A stretch of 62,000 nt of DNA. It comes from Octopus vulgaris. Its lineage: Eukaryota. The notes under the pieces were generated by a model. The model did no database searches and was not told the origin of the DNA. It was given only the letters and a program-made list of their open reading frames with translations. Positions 43,420-55,588 of the stretch are shown piece by piece. Within the stretch, counting starts at the first letter, position 1, and every line of letters starts with the position of its first letter. Both the position numbers and the translations under genes were made by a program. The stretch covers positions 43,606,001 to 43,668,000 of the forward strand of contig OX597822.1 in NCBI GenBank assembly GCA_951406725.2, read 5' to 3'.

Positions 43420-43960
43420 CTCAGGAGACCCACAGGCAAAATAAGGCAGGGGACCCCTGACTTAGATGGAAGACTTGACAGAATATCTATAAGAGTGTGG
43501 GCACCACTACAGTTAGCCAAGTGAACGATTCCATTTTTTTCAAATTAAGCATCGCATTCTTTATAAGCCATCCTCTGCTGTTCTCATATATGGGATGTTT
43601 TTTTTTCCAGCATTTGGATCCATGCTTTTTCTGTTCAGGAAGTACTCTCTTTTGTCTCCTTGTGGTTATCTGGTCAAGGTCTAACGTATTTCCATGAGGG
43701 TAGACATTTATCCCCCAGGCTTTTAAGGATTTGAATTGTCATTGATGCCCCTGTAACTTTGTGTTTTTACTTGTTAGGGGGTGTTGGCCACAGGCATATG
43801 CATTTGTCCACTTAGAAGTGGTGTTCCATATCAGTTTGGAGTCTCTATCTTGACCTGTCCAGCATGAGGGGACTTACCAGGAGTTTGTGCTCTGCTGGCA
43901 TAGCTCTCAGGGTCACTGAGGCATAGAAGTCCCCACAACACAAAAAGGACTGGACCATGT
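43420..43960 (-). mobile_element. possible RTE-type LINE 5' relic
   Basis: ccagcatgaggggacttaccaggag..ggcatagctctcagggtcactgagg resembles RTE 5' regions (recall only). No clean ORF. Confidence 0.3.
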
Positions 43961-44576
43961 GTTGGAAAGTGAAAAGGGTGATATTAAGTAGGGTGAATAC
44001 CTAATTCTATGATCCTAGGATAGATAACCTACGCATTTCCCGTCCAACGGTTTGACTCACAAGGCTTCGCCGACAATAGTTTATCGAAGCTTCTGCCGAC
44101 AATAGTTTATCAAATTTTCTGCCGGCGATAGTTTATCGAAGAACAAACCTACTACAAAGATCAGTGGAGTCAGTTCAAACTCCAACGCCAACAGACTCCA
44201 GAACAAACATCTGGATCGTACTGTCGTGTCGGCACTTGCGCTGAGATCCGAACACAGAAACAGCTTGAACAACGCACAATAATTACAAACATCATATCCC
44301 GTCCCACGCCTCTCTACCGACACTGGCTGCATTTGCCGTCTTCCTTGTATTCGATGTAATTAAAAAGGAAAAATATGTTCAGTTAATTTCGTTTTCCTTA
44401 ATTAAATTTAGGCATTTATTGAAAGTAGCTAATTGTGCATTAAAGTATCACATATTCGATCTAACGATTTGTCTAACCAACGACGAAACGCTCTCATGCC
44501 ATTTTCAATAAGTGTGCAGGCGTCAGTGTGTGTGTGTGTGTGTACACACACACATACGCATACATATATTTATGTG

Positions 44577-44669
<93 letters not shown>

Positions 44670-44763
44670 CATATATGCATATATACGTATACATACACAC
44701 ACATTTATGTATCAATATATATATATATATATATTAGATACATATACATATATATATACATAA

Positions 44764-44823
<60 letters not shown>

Positions 44824-45242
44824 ATATATATATATGCATATGGATACATAGGCATGTATGTGTGAATGCGTATCTCAATGTGTATACGTATAACAAGCAA
44901 CGTTTATCTATGTGAATGTAAGAGCATGTGGTATGTGTAAAAGTTGCCAAGTCTAAAATAAATTGCTAGATTGACTCAATAGGCACGAATCCATCTAAAG
45001 CCGCTGTTTACTCAGCTACACAGAAGGAGGTGGACAGACAACTGTCATAAAACGTTGATACATACGCCAAATTAATTTTAAAGAATCACAATATACGCTA
45101 TTATGGCTTTGTGATTAAGAAGTGTACCTTATAGCTGCGCGGTTCCGAGTTCCATCGCATTGTGCTTTTATCTGAGTGAGTGTTTACTACCAAAGCTACT
45201 TTGTGACGAATACCATTGAAGTGGTATTCAGGGACAGAAAAT

Positions 45243-45600
45243 GAGAAGCTGGCCTGTCATGGCTGTGTGGTGAGAAGCTGACCTGTCATGGCTGTGTGAT
45301 GAGAAACTGGTTTGTCATGGGTGTGTGGTGAGAAACTAGTCTGTCATGAGTGTGTGGTGAGAAACTGGCCTGCCGTGGCTATGTGATGAGAAACTGGTCT
45401 GTGATGGCTGTGTGTGAGAAACTGGCTTGTCATGGATGTGTGGTGATAAGCTGACCTGTCATGGCTGTGTGGTGACCTGTCATGGCCTGTCCTACTACGT
45501 TCATTCCCACTGCGTGGCACTGCGCTCAAGTGACGTCTACTGTAAACTCGGGTCCACCAAAACCTTGTGAGTGGATTTGGTAGACGGGAACTGAGGTTCT
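45243..45600 (+). repeat. 29-bp minisatellite (8 units plus partial) running into a SINE family A body
   Basis: Unit gagaagctggcctgtcatggctgtgtggt, followed by cccactgcgtggcac..ccttgtgagtggatttggtagacgggaactga. Confidence 0.9.
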
Positions 45601-45964
45601 TTGTATATATAATATATATTTATATATTAATGATTTTTAGGTACGCGGTATTTCGTTATGCAACCATGCAGCCATAACATACTATAAAGCGTATTAAAAT
45701 ATATTTGTTCGAGGATTATTAATGGGTTTGATGGGTGGTGATAAAGGGGCGAAATATCCCGAAATATAGCATAAACGTACATTACCCTTCGTTCTCATTG
45801 TTTGTTTATATCTGGCATCTCATATACGAAACGCAGCAGCAAAATTGGCTATAAATTCTATAGAATATCTGTAGAAATAACCTTAACAAGTAATACACTT
45901 ATATACATACACACACAGACACACACATATATATACATACATACATAATACATACATACATACA

Positions 45965-46000
<36 letters not shown>

Positions 46001-46041
46001 TGTGTGTGTGTTTGAGTGTGTGTGTGTGTGTACGTATAACG

Positions 46042-47700
46042 ACGATAAGAAAGTGGAGAAATAAATAACAATGAGAAGTGGATCTTTGGTGTTATAAAGC
46101 CATTATTTAATTAATTGAGATGAGAGCATGATAGAGTAAGTTTGCAGCTGTTTTCGTATATCAGGCTGGGGTAAATATATAATTACCTCATTGCAATTGA
46201 TAGAGATCATTAGAACGAAAATGGCAAAGAGGAACAAAAGAAGAGAGCGAAAGAAAGTGTAAGGAAAAAACAGGAAAAGGAAAATATTCAATAATTCGAT
46301 AGTATTACATTTTAGTTAGGTTCAAAGTTCAATAAACCCATTGTATGATAGACGAGAAGAGTGTTAGTTGAATCTAAGGTCTCGTAATTAGTCATTATCA
46401 TAGCTTACATGTGTCCATAGGTTCAGCTAGTTGACCGCCGGTGTAATCCGAGGGAGTTGTCACTGTTGAGGATATCCAGTGTAGTCCTATGGACCTATGT
46501 GGAACTAATTTATATGTTGTAAGCTAGTTCGTATATTTTCAATGGAAGCCGTAATATAAGGGTAAAGTTCATATCTAGAATTTGTATGATATAGAGTGTA
46601 AATGGACTATGTACCGGAATAATGTATAGGTTTGAAGAGTGCATAGCAAAACAATAAGATCGAAAGGGAAAATTTATCGCGTGTAAAAAGACTTGGTAGT
46701 CTAGCTCTCAACGTATTTTAAATTATAGGAAAATAGTAAGCTAGCGTAGGATGTAGAATAAGTATAAAGTTCAGTAATTTATTTATAACTAGCAGTATCG
46801 CCCGGCGTTGCTCGGATTTGTAAGGGAAATAACTATATAAGCATTTTTAGAGAGTTATAGCCAAAAAATAGCAAGAAAATGCATTAAAAATGGGGAAAAA
46901 CATGATGGTAAATTTTTTTTTAATCGTTGACTCATCGTAGACATTTTTAGAGAGTTACTTCCCTTATATAATAGCGAAAAAATGCATTAAAATGGAAAAA
47001 AATGATGGTAAATTTTTTAAATCGTAGACTCATCGTAGACGCGCGCTAATACCCAGAAGGGCTCGATATGAATCACGACTATAAGATACCCGGTTTTGGT
47101 TAAACTGCAACGCAAAATGTGGTAGTAGTTAGGAATCTAAATCGTAGGAGACAGACACACAACCTCTCTTTTATATATAAAGATGTGGGTTGAGTAAGCT
47201 AATTGGTATGTAGGAAAGATAAAGGGAGGTAATAGTAGGTTAAGTAGATTCGCTAACTAAACCGGATATCCCCAATAGCGATAACTCCCTCGGATTACAC
47301 CGGTGGTTAACTTAGCCGAACCTATGGACACGTGTAAACACTGTTAATAACTAATGATGAGACCTTAGATTCAACTAACACTCTTCTTGTCTATCATACA
47401 ATGGAATTATTGCATTTTGAACCTAACGAAACTGTAACACTATCGAATTATTGAACATTTTCTTTTTCCTTTTTTTTTCCTTACGCTTTCTTTCGCTCTC
47501 TTCTTTTGGTTCTCTTTGCCTTTTTCGTTCTAATGATCTCTATCAATTGCAACGAGGTAAATATATATTTACCCCAGCCTCACATACGGAAACAACTGTA
47601 AACTTACTCTATCATGCTCTCATCTCAATTAATCAAATAATGACTTTATAATAACAAAATCCACTTCTCATTGTTATCTATTTCTCCATTTTCTTATCGT
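46042..47700. repeat. long inverted repeat: arms 46042-46478 and 47263-47700
   Basis: Arms align as reverse complements over ~437 bp (roughly 85% by eye). Spacer contains a Helitron. Confidence 0.9.
46789..47183 (-). mobile_element. non-autonomous Helitron copy 2
   Basis: A|TCTTTATATATAAAAG ... ccgagcaacgccggg cgatactgCTAG|T; same termini as 35063-35569. Confidence 0.88.
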
Positions 47701-47763
47701 TTTTATATACATTAAACTACTATATATATATATAAAGTTAATCCAAACATGAAAACATATATT

Positions 47764-47834
<71 letters not shown>

Positions 47835-47904
47835 ATATAATAAGCATGTCTGGATAATCTGTGTATTCCAAAAGTCTTCTAGTGTAATCCATATCGCCCT
47901 CTGA

Positions 47905-48007
47905 CACCCTGATGAGTTTCCATCCAAGGTATTTAAAATGCAAAATTATGTATATATTTATGTTTTGTAATTGCTATTATGTTTGTGAAATGAAACAATT
48001 GTTGGTG
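47905..48007 (+). ncRNA. type I hammerhead-like motif with ~65-nt stem II loop
   Basis: CACC CUGAUGA GUUUC ... GAAAU GAAA CAAUUG UU GGUG. Stem I CACC/GGUG, palindromic stem III ACAAUUGU, GUU triplet. Confidence 0.55.
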
Positions 48008-48086
48008 AATATGTTTGATTAATAGATAAATTAATTTCTATCCATTAGATCCCTCTATTTTCTAACTCGATATATATCGATATAAA

Positions 48087-48139
<53 letters not shown>

Positions 48140-48145
<6 letters not shown>

Positions 48146-48800
48146 GTAAAAAGTGAAAAAACTACAGAAGGCTTAAATGATAAAAAATATATATTTGCCG
48201 TCAATATGTCTGAAGAACATTAAAAAAATGTTTTCTCTTATTATGACATAGTTTAGAAGAAAGACCGGTTTCGCGTTTAGCTTTTCAAATTTCTTGCGAC
48301 GTTATGTTTATGTTGAACTGAGTTATCGTTATGTTTATGTTCAAAAGAGTTCTAAATAAGGGGAGGTAATGAGTGATTTCTTCTGGTGTAAGGGAGATAA
48401 TCGCTTAAAAATGTTTTCCTTTCCCTTGGTGTGAATTTCTCTGTATCAGTACGTTGGGATGGTTAAGTCTGGGCTTGTACTTTTCAATGAAGAATGTTTC
48501 CTTGTTTAGTCTAATTTGTGTTGATGATCCGATAGCACATTGGTAAAATGGAAAGATTAAAAATTGTGGTAGTAGTTGCTTTGCGCATTTCTCAATATAT
48601 ATCTGTACCGTTTGATAGAGGCAAAAGAATCTGTAATCTCTGCAACTCTGAACTTTTTCACACTTTGTTCGCCCGAGGGCGGCTAGTTAACGCGATTTTG
48701 CAAAACTCTTTCAGATGTCCCCATTGGAGGCGCCACACATTTCTTGCATACAATTGAAGCCTAAGATAATTAACACCTTGATGTCCTAAGAAAGGAAAAA
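48140..48800 (-). pseudogene. Penelope-like GIY-YIG 3' fragment
   Basis: Minus translation YIEKCAKQLLPQFLIFPFYQCAIGSSTQIRLNKETFFIEKYKPRLN. Confidence 0.8.
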
Positions 48801-49665
48801 AATTTTGGAAAAAATTTGGAAAAAAATTTTGAATTAAATTTGTAAAGGGAAATTACTCCCCTTTTAACGTATGATCTGCTACTTATTTAGAAACAATATC
48901 AGGGATTATACTCCCCTTGTTTAATAAGTCATCTGTGTATAAACTGACCACAGACGAACACATAGACAGAGGCTCCTATCGGCCGCTTGACCTACAATAT
49001 CTGCAATATATTTTCCCACTAGCTGCTTCCTAACATACTGCCACACATACACAGGCGCACACACACATACATGTAAGTAGTTTCTCACACCCAAATAAGA
49101 TAGCTTTCATTCTTAAAACAATTCGAACATTAACATTAGTTATACAGAATATATTCACACTCTTTGGTTTTCTTGAATTCTTCCCCTACCAAATTTAACC
49201 GCAGTTTGACCTCGATTTATTCCAACGGACTTTTTCGTCGGCCTTCACACACCCTGACGTCAACACACATTGAGAGACAGTTTTGTGCCTGACCATGGGC
49301 TCCTAGGGAGCGTTTTGTTCGAATAGCTTGCTGCGCATTTGTTTTGGAGATTTATATTCCTGGTTTTTCCTGAAGAGAAAGCTGCAAAATGGTCTCCTTA
49401 TTCAATCCGAATTTGGAAATTTGCAGCCTTTGAAACATGTGTAGAAAATAATAAAAAGGAAATTTGTAGAATCTTCGTTCAGCTCCATTTCTTCCCTTCA
49501 CTAAATATATAAAACTTCAATTATCCGCGCTAAGGCACGGTTGCGACACCCCATGGTCGTAACCTCAACCGTGTTTTTTCTGTTGTGATTTTTGCTACCC
49601 AGGTATCGGTTAAATTTTGAATAAATTTTGAATAATCCGTAACAAGATAATTCATTTATCCATTT

Positions 49666-49733
<68 letters not shown>

Positions 49734-49735
<2 letters not shown>

Positions 49736-49946
49736 TTTCTTTTTACTTGTTTCAGTCATTTGACTGCTGCCATGCTGGAGCACCGCCTTTTAGTCGAGCA
49801 AATCAACCCCGGGACTTATTCTTTGTAAGCCCAGTACTTATACTATCGGTCTCTTTTGCCGAACCGCTAAGTGACGGGGACGTAAACACACCAGCATCGG
49901 TTGTCAAGCAATGCTAGGGGGTACAAACACAGACACACAAACACAT

Positions 49947-49989
<43 letters not shown>

Positions 49990-50152
49990 TACGACAGGCT
50001 TCTTTCAGTTTCCGTCTACCAAATCCACTCACAAACCATTGGTCGGCCCGGGGCTATAGCAGAAGGCACTTGCCCAAGATGCTACGCAGTGGGACTGAAC
50101 CCGGAACCATGTGGTTGGTTAGCAAGCTACTTACCACACAGCCACTCCTGCG

Positions 50153-50154
<2 letters not shown>
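49734..50154 (-). mobile_element. SINE family A, full length with internal (AT)n(GT)n
   Basis: Head ggcgcaggagtggctgtgtggtaag with B-box ccgggttcagtccc; internal microsatellite; tail gtcaaatgactgaaacaagtaaaa. Confidence 0.93.
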
Positions 50155-50197
<43 letters not shown>

Positions 50198-50246
50198 AAA
50201 TTTCAGGATTCAAGCGAATCACGTGCTTAAATATTAACGCTTCAAG

Positions 50247-50388
50247 GTCTGGGATATCGCTATCGTGTACAAAAATATTTGAAGACAAATACGTACTAGC
50301 TAAAGTAAATACGGATTTGTACACCGGTTGTGTGTACGATCTCAAATGGCCAACGGAATATATAATGAGTTCTCAAGGGTGTACAAAG
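50247..50388 (+). CDS. candidate coding exon of EPDR-like gene (phase 2-0; alternative acceptor at 50207)
   Basis: ttaacgcttcaag|G TCT GGG ... ACA AAG|gtagaa encodes SGISLSCTKIFEDKYVLAKVNTDLYTGCVYDLKWPTEYIMSSQGCTK. Frame is open from 50207. Confidence 0.5.
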
Positions 50389-51211
50389 GTAGAAACACTG
50401 CACCTATTGTACTGCGCTTAATAGACTCCAGATCCAAGTGAATTGCAGGTTCTGCGTATGGTGAATGATAAATAAATAACGACAGATTCATTGTGGTTCA
50501 CTACAGCTGTTTCAAACCTGTTTTTTATCAATAAAAGCTACGTCTGAATCAGCTATAGTGAACCACAATCCATCCGTTGTTATTTGTATGTGTGTGTGTG
50601 TGTGTATATGTGCATATATATATGCATGTGTGTGTACATATGTGTGTGTATGTGTGCGTACGTGTGTATGCAAGTGTGTATAAATGTGTGGCTTTGTGTC
50701 GATTAGTTCGACTAAAACCTTTTCAGTGCGGTGCCCCAGCATGGTAGCAGTCTGGTGACTGACACAAGTAAAAGAATATATGCAAATATATACGCACATA
50801 TGTGAAGTATATAGTGGACATGCAAACAGGACTAATTTAGCTATTGCTATTGCTCCGGAGACAGAAAAAAATGAAGAACAACGTCAATCGAATTTCGAAT
50901 ATTATTGGATTCTTATCAGGGCGTCTACATCAATATGACTTATGAACAAAAACAAGCAGTCAGTCTATTTATATATATTCAACCATGACAGTAGCAACAA
51001 AAAACTGGAGCTACTAATTTGCATAACATAAGTGTTAACACTTTATCTAATATCAGGGAACCTTTAATGGAGATCTCAATCCACACAGTATCCATATGTA
51101 TGTTTGTATGTAAGCATGTTTGCCTGTCTGTCTGCTTGCCTGCATGTCTCTGTCTCTGTCTCCTTTCTCCATATATATACATATTTATTTATATATATGT
51201 ATATTTATATG

Positions 51212-51260
<49 letters not shown>

Positions 51261-51301
51261 TTATATATATATATGTATATATATATATGTGTGTGTGTGT
51301 A

Positions 51302-51394
<93 letters not shown>

Positions 51395-51397
<3 letters not shown>

Positions 51398-51712
51398 AAG
51401 TGCAATGGCCCAGTGGTTAGGGCAGCGGCCTCGTGGTCGGAGGATCGCAGTTTCGATTCCCAGACTGGACGTTGTGTGTGTTTATTGAGCGAAAACACCT
51501 AAACCTCCACGAGGCTCCGGCAGGGGATGGTGGCAACCCCTGTTATACTCTTTCGCTCCAACTTTCTCTCACTCTTTCTTCCTTTTTCTTGAGTAACGCT
51601 GCGATCGACTGGCGTCCCGTCCAGCTGGGAAAAACACATACGCCACAGAAACCGCGGAACCGGGCCCGTGAGCCTGGCTAGGCTTGAAAAGGGCGCATAG
51701 ATAAGTAAATAA
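51395..51712 (+). mobile_element. SINE family C with RTE-like gagcctggctaggct tail
   Basis: gtgcaatggcccagtggttagggcagcgg..gtttcgattcccag..gaaaccgcggaaccgggcccgtgagcctggctaggc. Confidence 0.88.
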
Positions 51713-52026
51713 ATATATATATATATTCACAAAATATATAATTATAGAAATATTATCATAGCAAAGGCACTAATGAGTAGCGTTACATGCTAGAGACAGG
51801 CGCCAAATGAGTCTATTTCTGGGATGTGACGCTACTCATTGGTGCTCTTACTATAATTATATTTCTATGATTATATATTTTTTATCAATTTTTACCTATA
51901 TTGTTTATTATATGCTGGCTACTTGATAAAATCTTATAGATATTTTAGCATTGATTATATATATATATATATCTCCCACATTTAAGTGCGATGACTGTAT
52001 ACTTCCTACCTAATATACATCTATCC

Positions 52027-52095
<69 letters not shown>

Positions 52096-52105
52096 TATAT
52101 ATATG

Positions 52106-52150
<45 letters not shown>

Positions 52151-52323
52151 GTATGGATGGATGGATGGATGGATGGATGGATGTATATTATGTAGGAAGT
52201 ATACACTCATCGCGCTTAAATGTGGGAAATGTGTGAAGGAAACAAATGTTTCCTTGGTCTTAATTGCTCTATTTAATCAAAATGTCTCCCCTTGTTATTG
52301 GTCATATGTTTCCTCGTATTTAG

Positions 52324-52383
52324 CAAATTGTTGATCCCTTAGGCGTAAAATTCTTCGGGCTAGCAAGCGGACAAACATTCAAT
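52324..52383 (+). CDS. candidate coding exon of EPDR-like gene (phase 0-0)
   Basis: gtttcctcgtatttag|CAA ATT ... TTC AAT|gtaaat encodes [20 protein letters not shown] (60 nt). Confidence 0.5.
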
Positions 52384-52692
52384 GTAAATTCTAACCTCCT
52401 TAAAATGAATAAACCGTTTTATCTATAATTAACGTTGCGATGATCTGAAAAGAGGACAGTGAGAACAGAGTCAGGTGAGTAAGGAGGATGAGGCAAATAT
52501 TTCCTATTTGCTGTTGCCTTAATTTTTTTCCTGAGTAACTTATTTTACAATATGTTGTCATGCCTTATTGTGTAAAAGCAACACTCATTTACGACTGACC
52601 ATTGATGGGCGCTTTTGTCGGCAAATTCTTGTGTGCAATATTTCCATTTGAAGACAATACACCGCCCTCTCAATTGTTTCATTTTGTTTTAG

Positions 52693-52758
52693 TACTTTAT
52701 GATAGACGACACATTTCGTATACCACCGGAATCAGAGCATAACTTCTTTCGAGTTTAG
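52693..52758 (+). CDS. candidate terminal coding exon of EPDR-like gene
   Basis: Strong acceptor gtttcattttgttttag, phase 0; encodes YFMIDDTFRIPPESEHNFFRV then TAG. Confidence 0.5.
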   Translation, partial: YFMIDDTFRIPPESEHNFFRV

Positions 52759-52815
52759 TTCTGGTTTTGAGATGGATTTTCCTTTACATGTCGGTGCCAA
52801 TCATTCTCGTTTGCT

Positions 52816-53175
52816 TTGGATATAATTATAGAGAACCCATTTTTATACAGAATCTATTTCAATAGAGAACCTATTTGGATATAATCATAGAGAACCCATT
52901 TTTATAGTGAACCCATTTGGATATAACTATAGAGAACCCATTTAGATATTGTCATAGAGAACCCATTTTTATAGGGAATACATTTGGATATAATTATAGG
53001 AAGCCAATTTTTATATAAAACCCATTTGGATATTCTCATAGAGAACCCGTTTTTATAGAGCACCCATTTTTATAGAGAACCCATTTTTATAGAGAACCCA
53101 TTCTTAGAGACAACCCATTTTTATAAAGTACCCATTTTTATAGATTACCCATTTTTATAGAGTACCCATTTGGAT
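52816..53175. repeat. minisatellite of alternating 17-bp and 25-bp units
   Basis: gagaacccatttttata and gagaacccatttggatataatcata units. Confidence 0.9.
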
Positions 53176-53419
53176 AATGAACTTTCTCATCGTTTCTTTT
53201 ATTGCTGTGGTTTCTTTAATTTTGAATTAAGACTGCTTTCACGTTAGCAAATTTTATAATACGGCCTATATCTAGCCAAAACTATAGTTATATTCTTGCG
53301 CATGTGCATAACTCAAAATCATGGCGTGCTAAAACAATTCTGAGTGCAGATATGGAATTAGTATCCTCGATTTAGTCTAAAACACATGCTTTAACCCCAA
53401 TAGCAAAACCTTTGTTTTC

Positions 53420-53550
53420 CAGAGAATTTTCAGCTACTAAATTCTCTCACAAGGCATTTGTTGGGCTGGGGCTAAAGCAGGAGTTACTTACCTAAAGTCC
53501 CACGCAGTGGGACAGAACCGGAATCCCCGTGGTCGGAAACTGAACCTCAG
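53420..53550 (-). mobile_element. SINE family A head
   Basis: ctcacaaggc..ggggctaaagcagga..cacgcagtgggacagaacc. Confidence 0.6.
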
Positions 53551-53614
53551 TTAATCTATTTTCTCAACATTGGCGTCTTTGTATCTATATGGAAAATCAA
53601 TATATTCCTAACTA

Positions 53615-55042
53615 TTAGGTCATCCTATAAATAATGCAGTTTTTATACTTATTTTATTCTTTCAAAATTGAGTTAAACGAAGTTTATTTTTAATCTAAAA
53701 TGCACTCTCCTTCATTTTCTACAAGGCTCTTCTATCTATCCAGAAGACTTACAAGGCCCACAAATTCCAAAATTCACTTGTCCGTAACGAAAAATACTCC
53801 AATAGTAGTGTTCTGCCATCGTCTACAGAATTCATATTTTCTCCGTCCAAATGATTTTGAAGACTACGGAATAAATGATAATCAGATGGGGCAGTGCCTG
53901 ATGAATTTGGTAGGTGGGACATCGTTTCCCGTTCAAACTGCTCCAGCCTTTCGAATGTCATCCTCACTGTATGTGGCCGAGCATTATCCTGATGGAAGAG
54001 CACCTTTCGTCTTGAAATCAAAGATGGTTGTTTTCCTTCTAGCGTTGACTTAAGCCGCTCAAGCTGCTTGCAGTAGATCTCCATTGTTATCGTTTTGTTT
54101 GGGTTTAAATGTTCAAAGCGGACTAAACCTTTCATATCCCACCAAACAGATAAAAACACCTTACGTGGGTGAAGACGTTCTTTAGCCTGGGGTACCGGTG
54201 TTTCTCCTTTTCCTACACACTGTCGTCGGCGCTTGATATTTTTATAGAGGACCCATTTCTCGTAAGCAGTCATTATTAGGTGACCAAGTAACAATGGGAT
54301 TTTGTTCCTTGGGGATTTGCAGGACGTCATCGTCGAGCTCTATAGATCTTCCAGAACAAGGCTCATCTTCTAGGCTGCAGTTTCCGGCTCGTAATTTCAG
54401 GAACCACCGTTGACACTGGCTCACGCTTATTGTTCGATCCCCATATACTGCATTAATATTCCTCGCACTTTGCATTGTGTTACGTTGTTTGTTATTTCTC
54501 GAGCCACGCCAGGCTCATAAGGGCCAGTCTCCCGGTTTCTTGGCGTATAGGTTCCCCACCTGGACGGGACGCAGGTCCGTCACAGGTGAGCTGCAAGATG
54601 CAGGAGAAAAGAGTGAGAGAAAGTTGTGGTGAAAGAGTCAGCAGAAGTTCGCCATTACCTTCTGCAGGAGCCGCGTGGAGCTTAGGTGTTTCGCTCATAA
54701 ACACAAACATCGCCGGTCTGAGATTCGAATCGGTGATCCCTCGACCGCGAGTCTGCGGCTCTAACGACTAGGCCATGTCCCTCCACACTGTTGCGTTGTT
54801 GCCTTTATTGAACTCATAGAGCAAAATATGCCGAATATGCTCTTCTGTCACTTCCATTATAGCTTTGAAAAAAAAACTGTTAAAACCGAACTGTGCACTT
54901 TTCAAAACTTGCACTAAGAATATATACATGGTAAAATTACTACCTGCATTTACAGCAAGTTGATGCAGGTAGTTCATCTTGTCCCCCTCCGAATTTTAGT
55001 CAATGCAGTTGACAAAACCGCATTATTTATGGGATGACCCAA
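53615..55042 (-). mobile_element. mariner copy 3 with internal deletion and SINE insertion
   Basis: TIRs ttaggtcatcctataaataatgcag and cgcattatttatgggatgacccaa with TA on both sides. ORF 53749-54330 has LFHQDNARPHT..APSDYHLFRSLQ; N-terminus MEVTEEHIRHILLYEFNKGNNAT. Confidence 0.93.
54478..54785 (-). mobile_element. SINE family C inserted in mariner copy 3
   Basis: Minus head ggcctagtcgttagagccgcagactcgcggtcgag; RTE-like tail gagcctggcgtggctcgag. Confidence 0.88.
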
Positions 55043-55115
55043 TATTAATAGACTTGTATTTGCTTTTTAAATGATGGTATACGAATGATTTGTCTGCGTT
55101 AATACATACAGTGAA

Positions 55116-55455
55116 GGCGTATGGCTCAGTGGTTAGAGCGTCGAGCTTACGATCGTGAGGTTGTGAGCTCGAATCCCGGACCGGGCTGCGTGTTGTGTTC
55201 TCGTGCAAGGCACTTTATTTCACGTTGCTCCAGTTCATTCAGCTGTAGAAATGAGTTGCGACGTCACTGGTGCCAAGCTGTATCGACCTTTGTCTTTCCC
55301 TTGGATAACACTGGTGGCGTGGAGAGGGGAGGCTGGTATGCATGGGCGACTGCTGGCCTTCCATAAAAACAACCTTGCCCAGACTTGTGTCTAGGAGGGT
55401 AACTTTCTAGGTGCAATCCCATGGTCATTCATGACCGAAGGGGGTCTTTACCCTT
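55116..55455 (+). mobile_element. tRNA-derived SINE (third tail type)
   Basis: ggcgtatggctcagtggttagagcg..agctcgaatcccgg..ggagggtaactttctaggtgcaatcccatggtc; ttaatacat on both flanks. Confidence 0.85.
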
Positions 55456-55588
55456 TTAATACATGCATTTACTGCTGATTCATTCGCCAATTGAGGGACG
55501 ATAAGAGGAAAAGATGTATATTCCATCTTGGTGGGGCTTGAACTCAGGACGTAAAGATAAGGCCAAAAAGAGCGAGCTGGCTTGCCCT

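Noticed and set aside
48260-48290. GAAACCGGTC hammerhead 3' half downstream of the Penelope GIY-YIG fragment
   Set aside because: No matching CUGANGA half found upstream on that strand.
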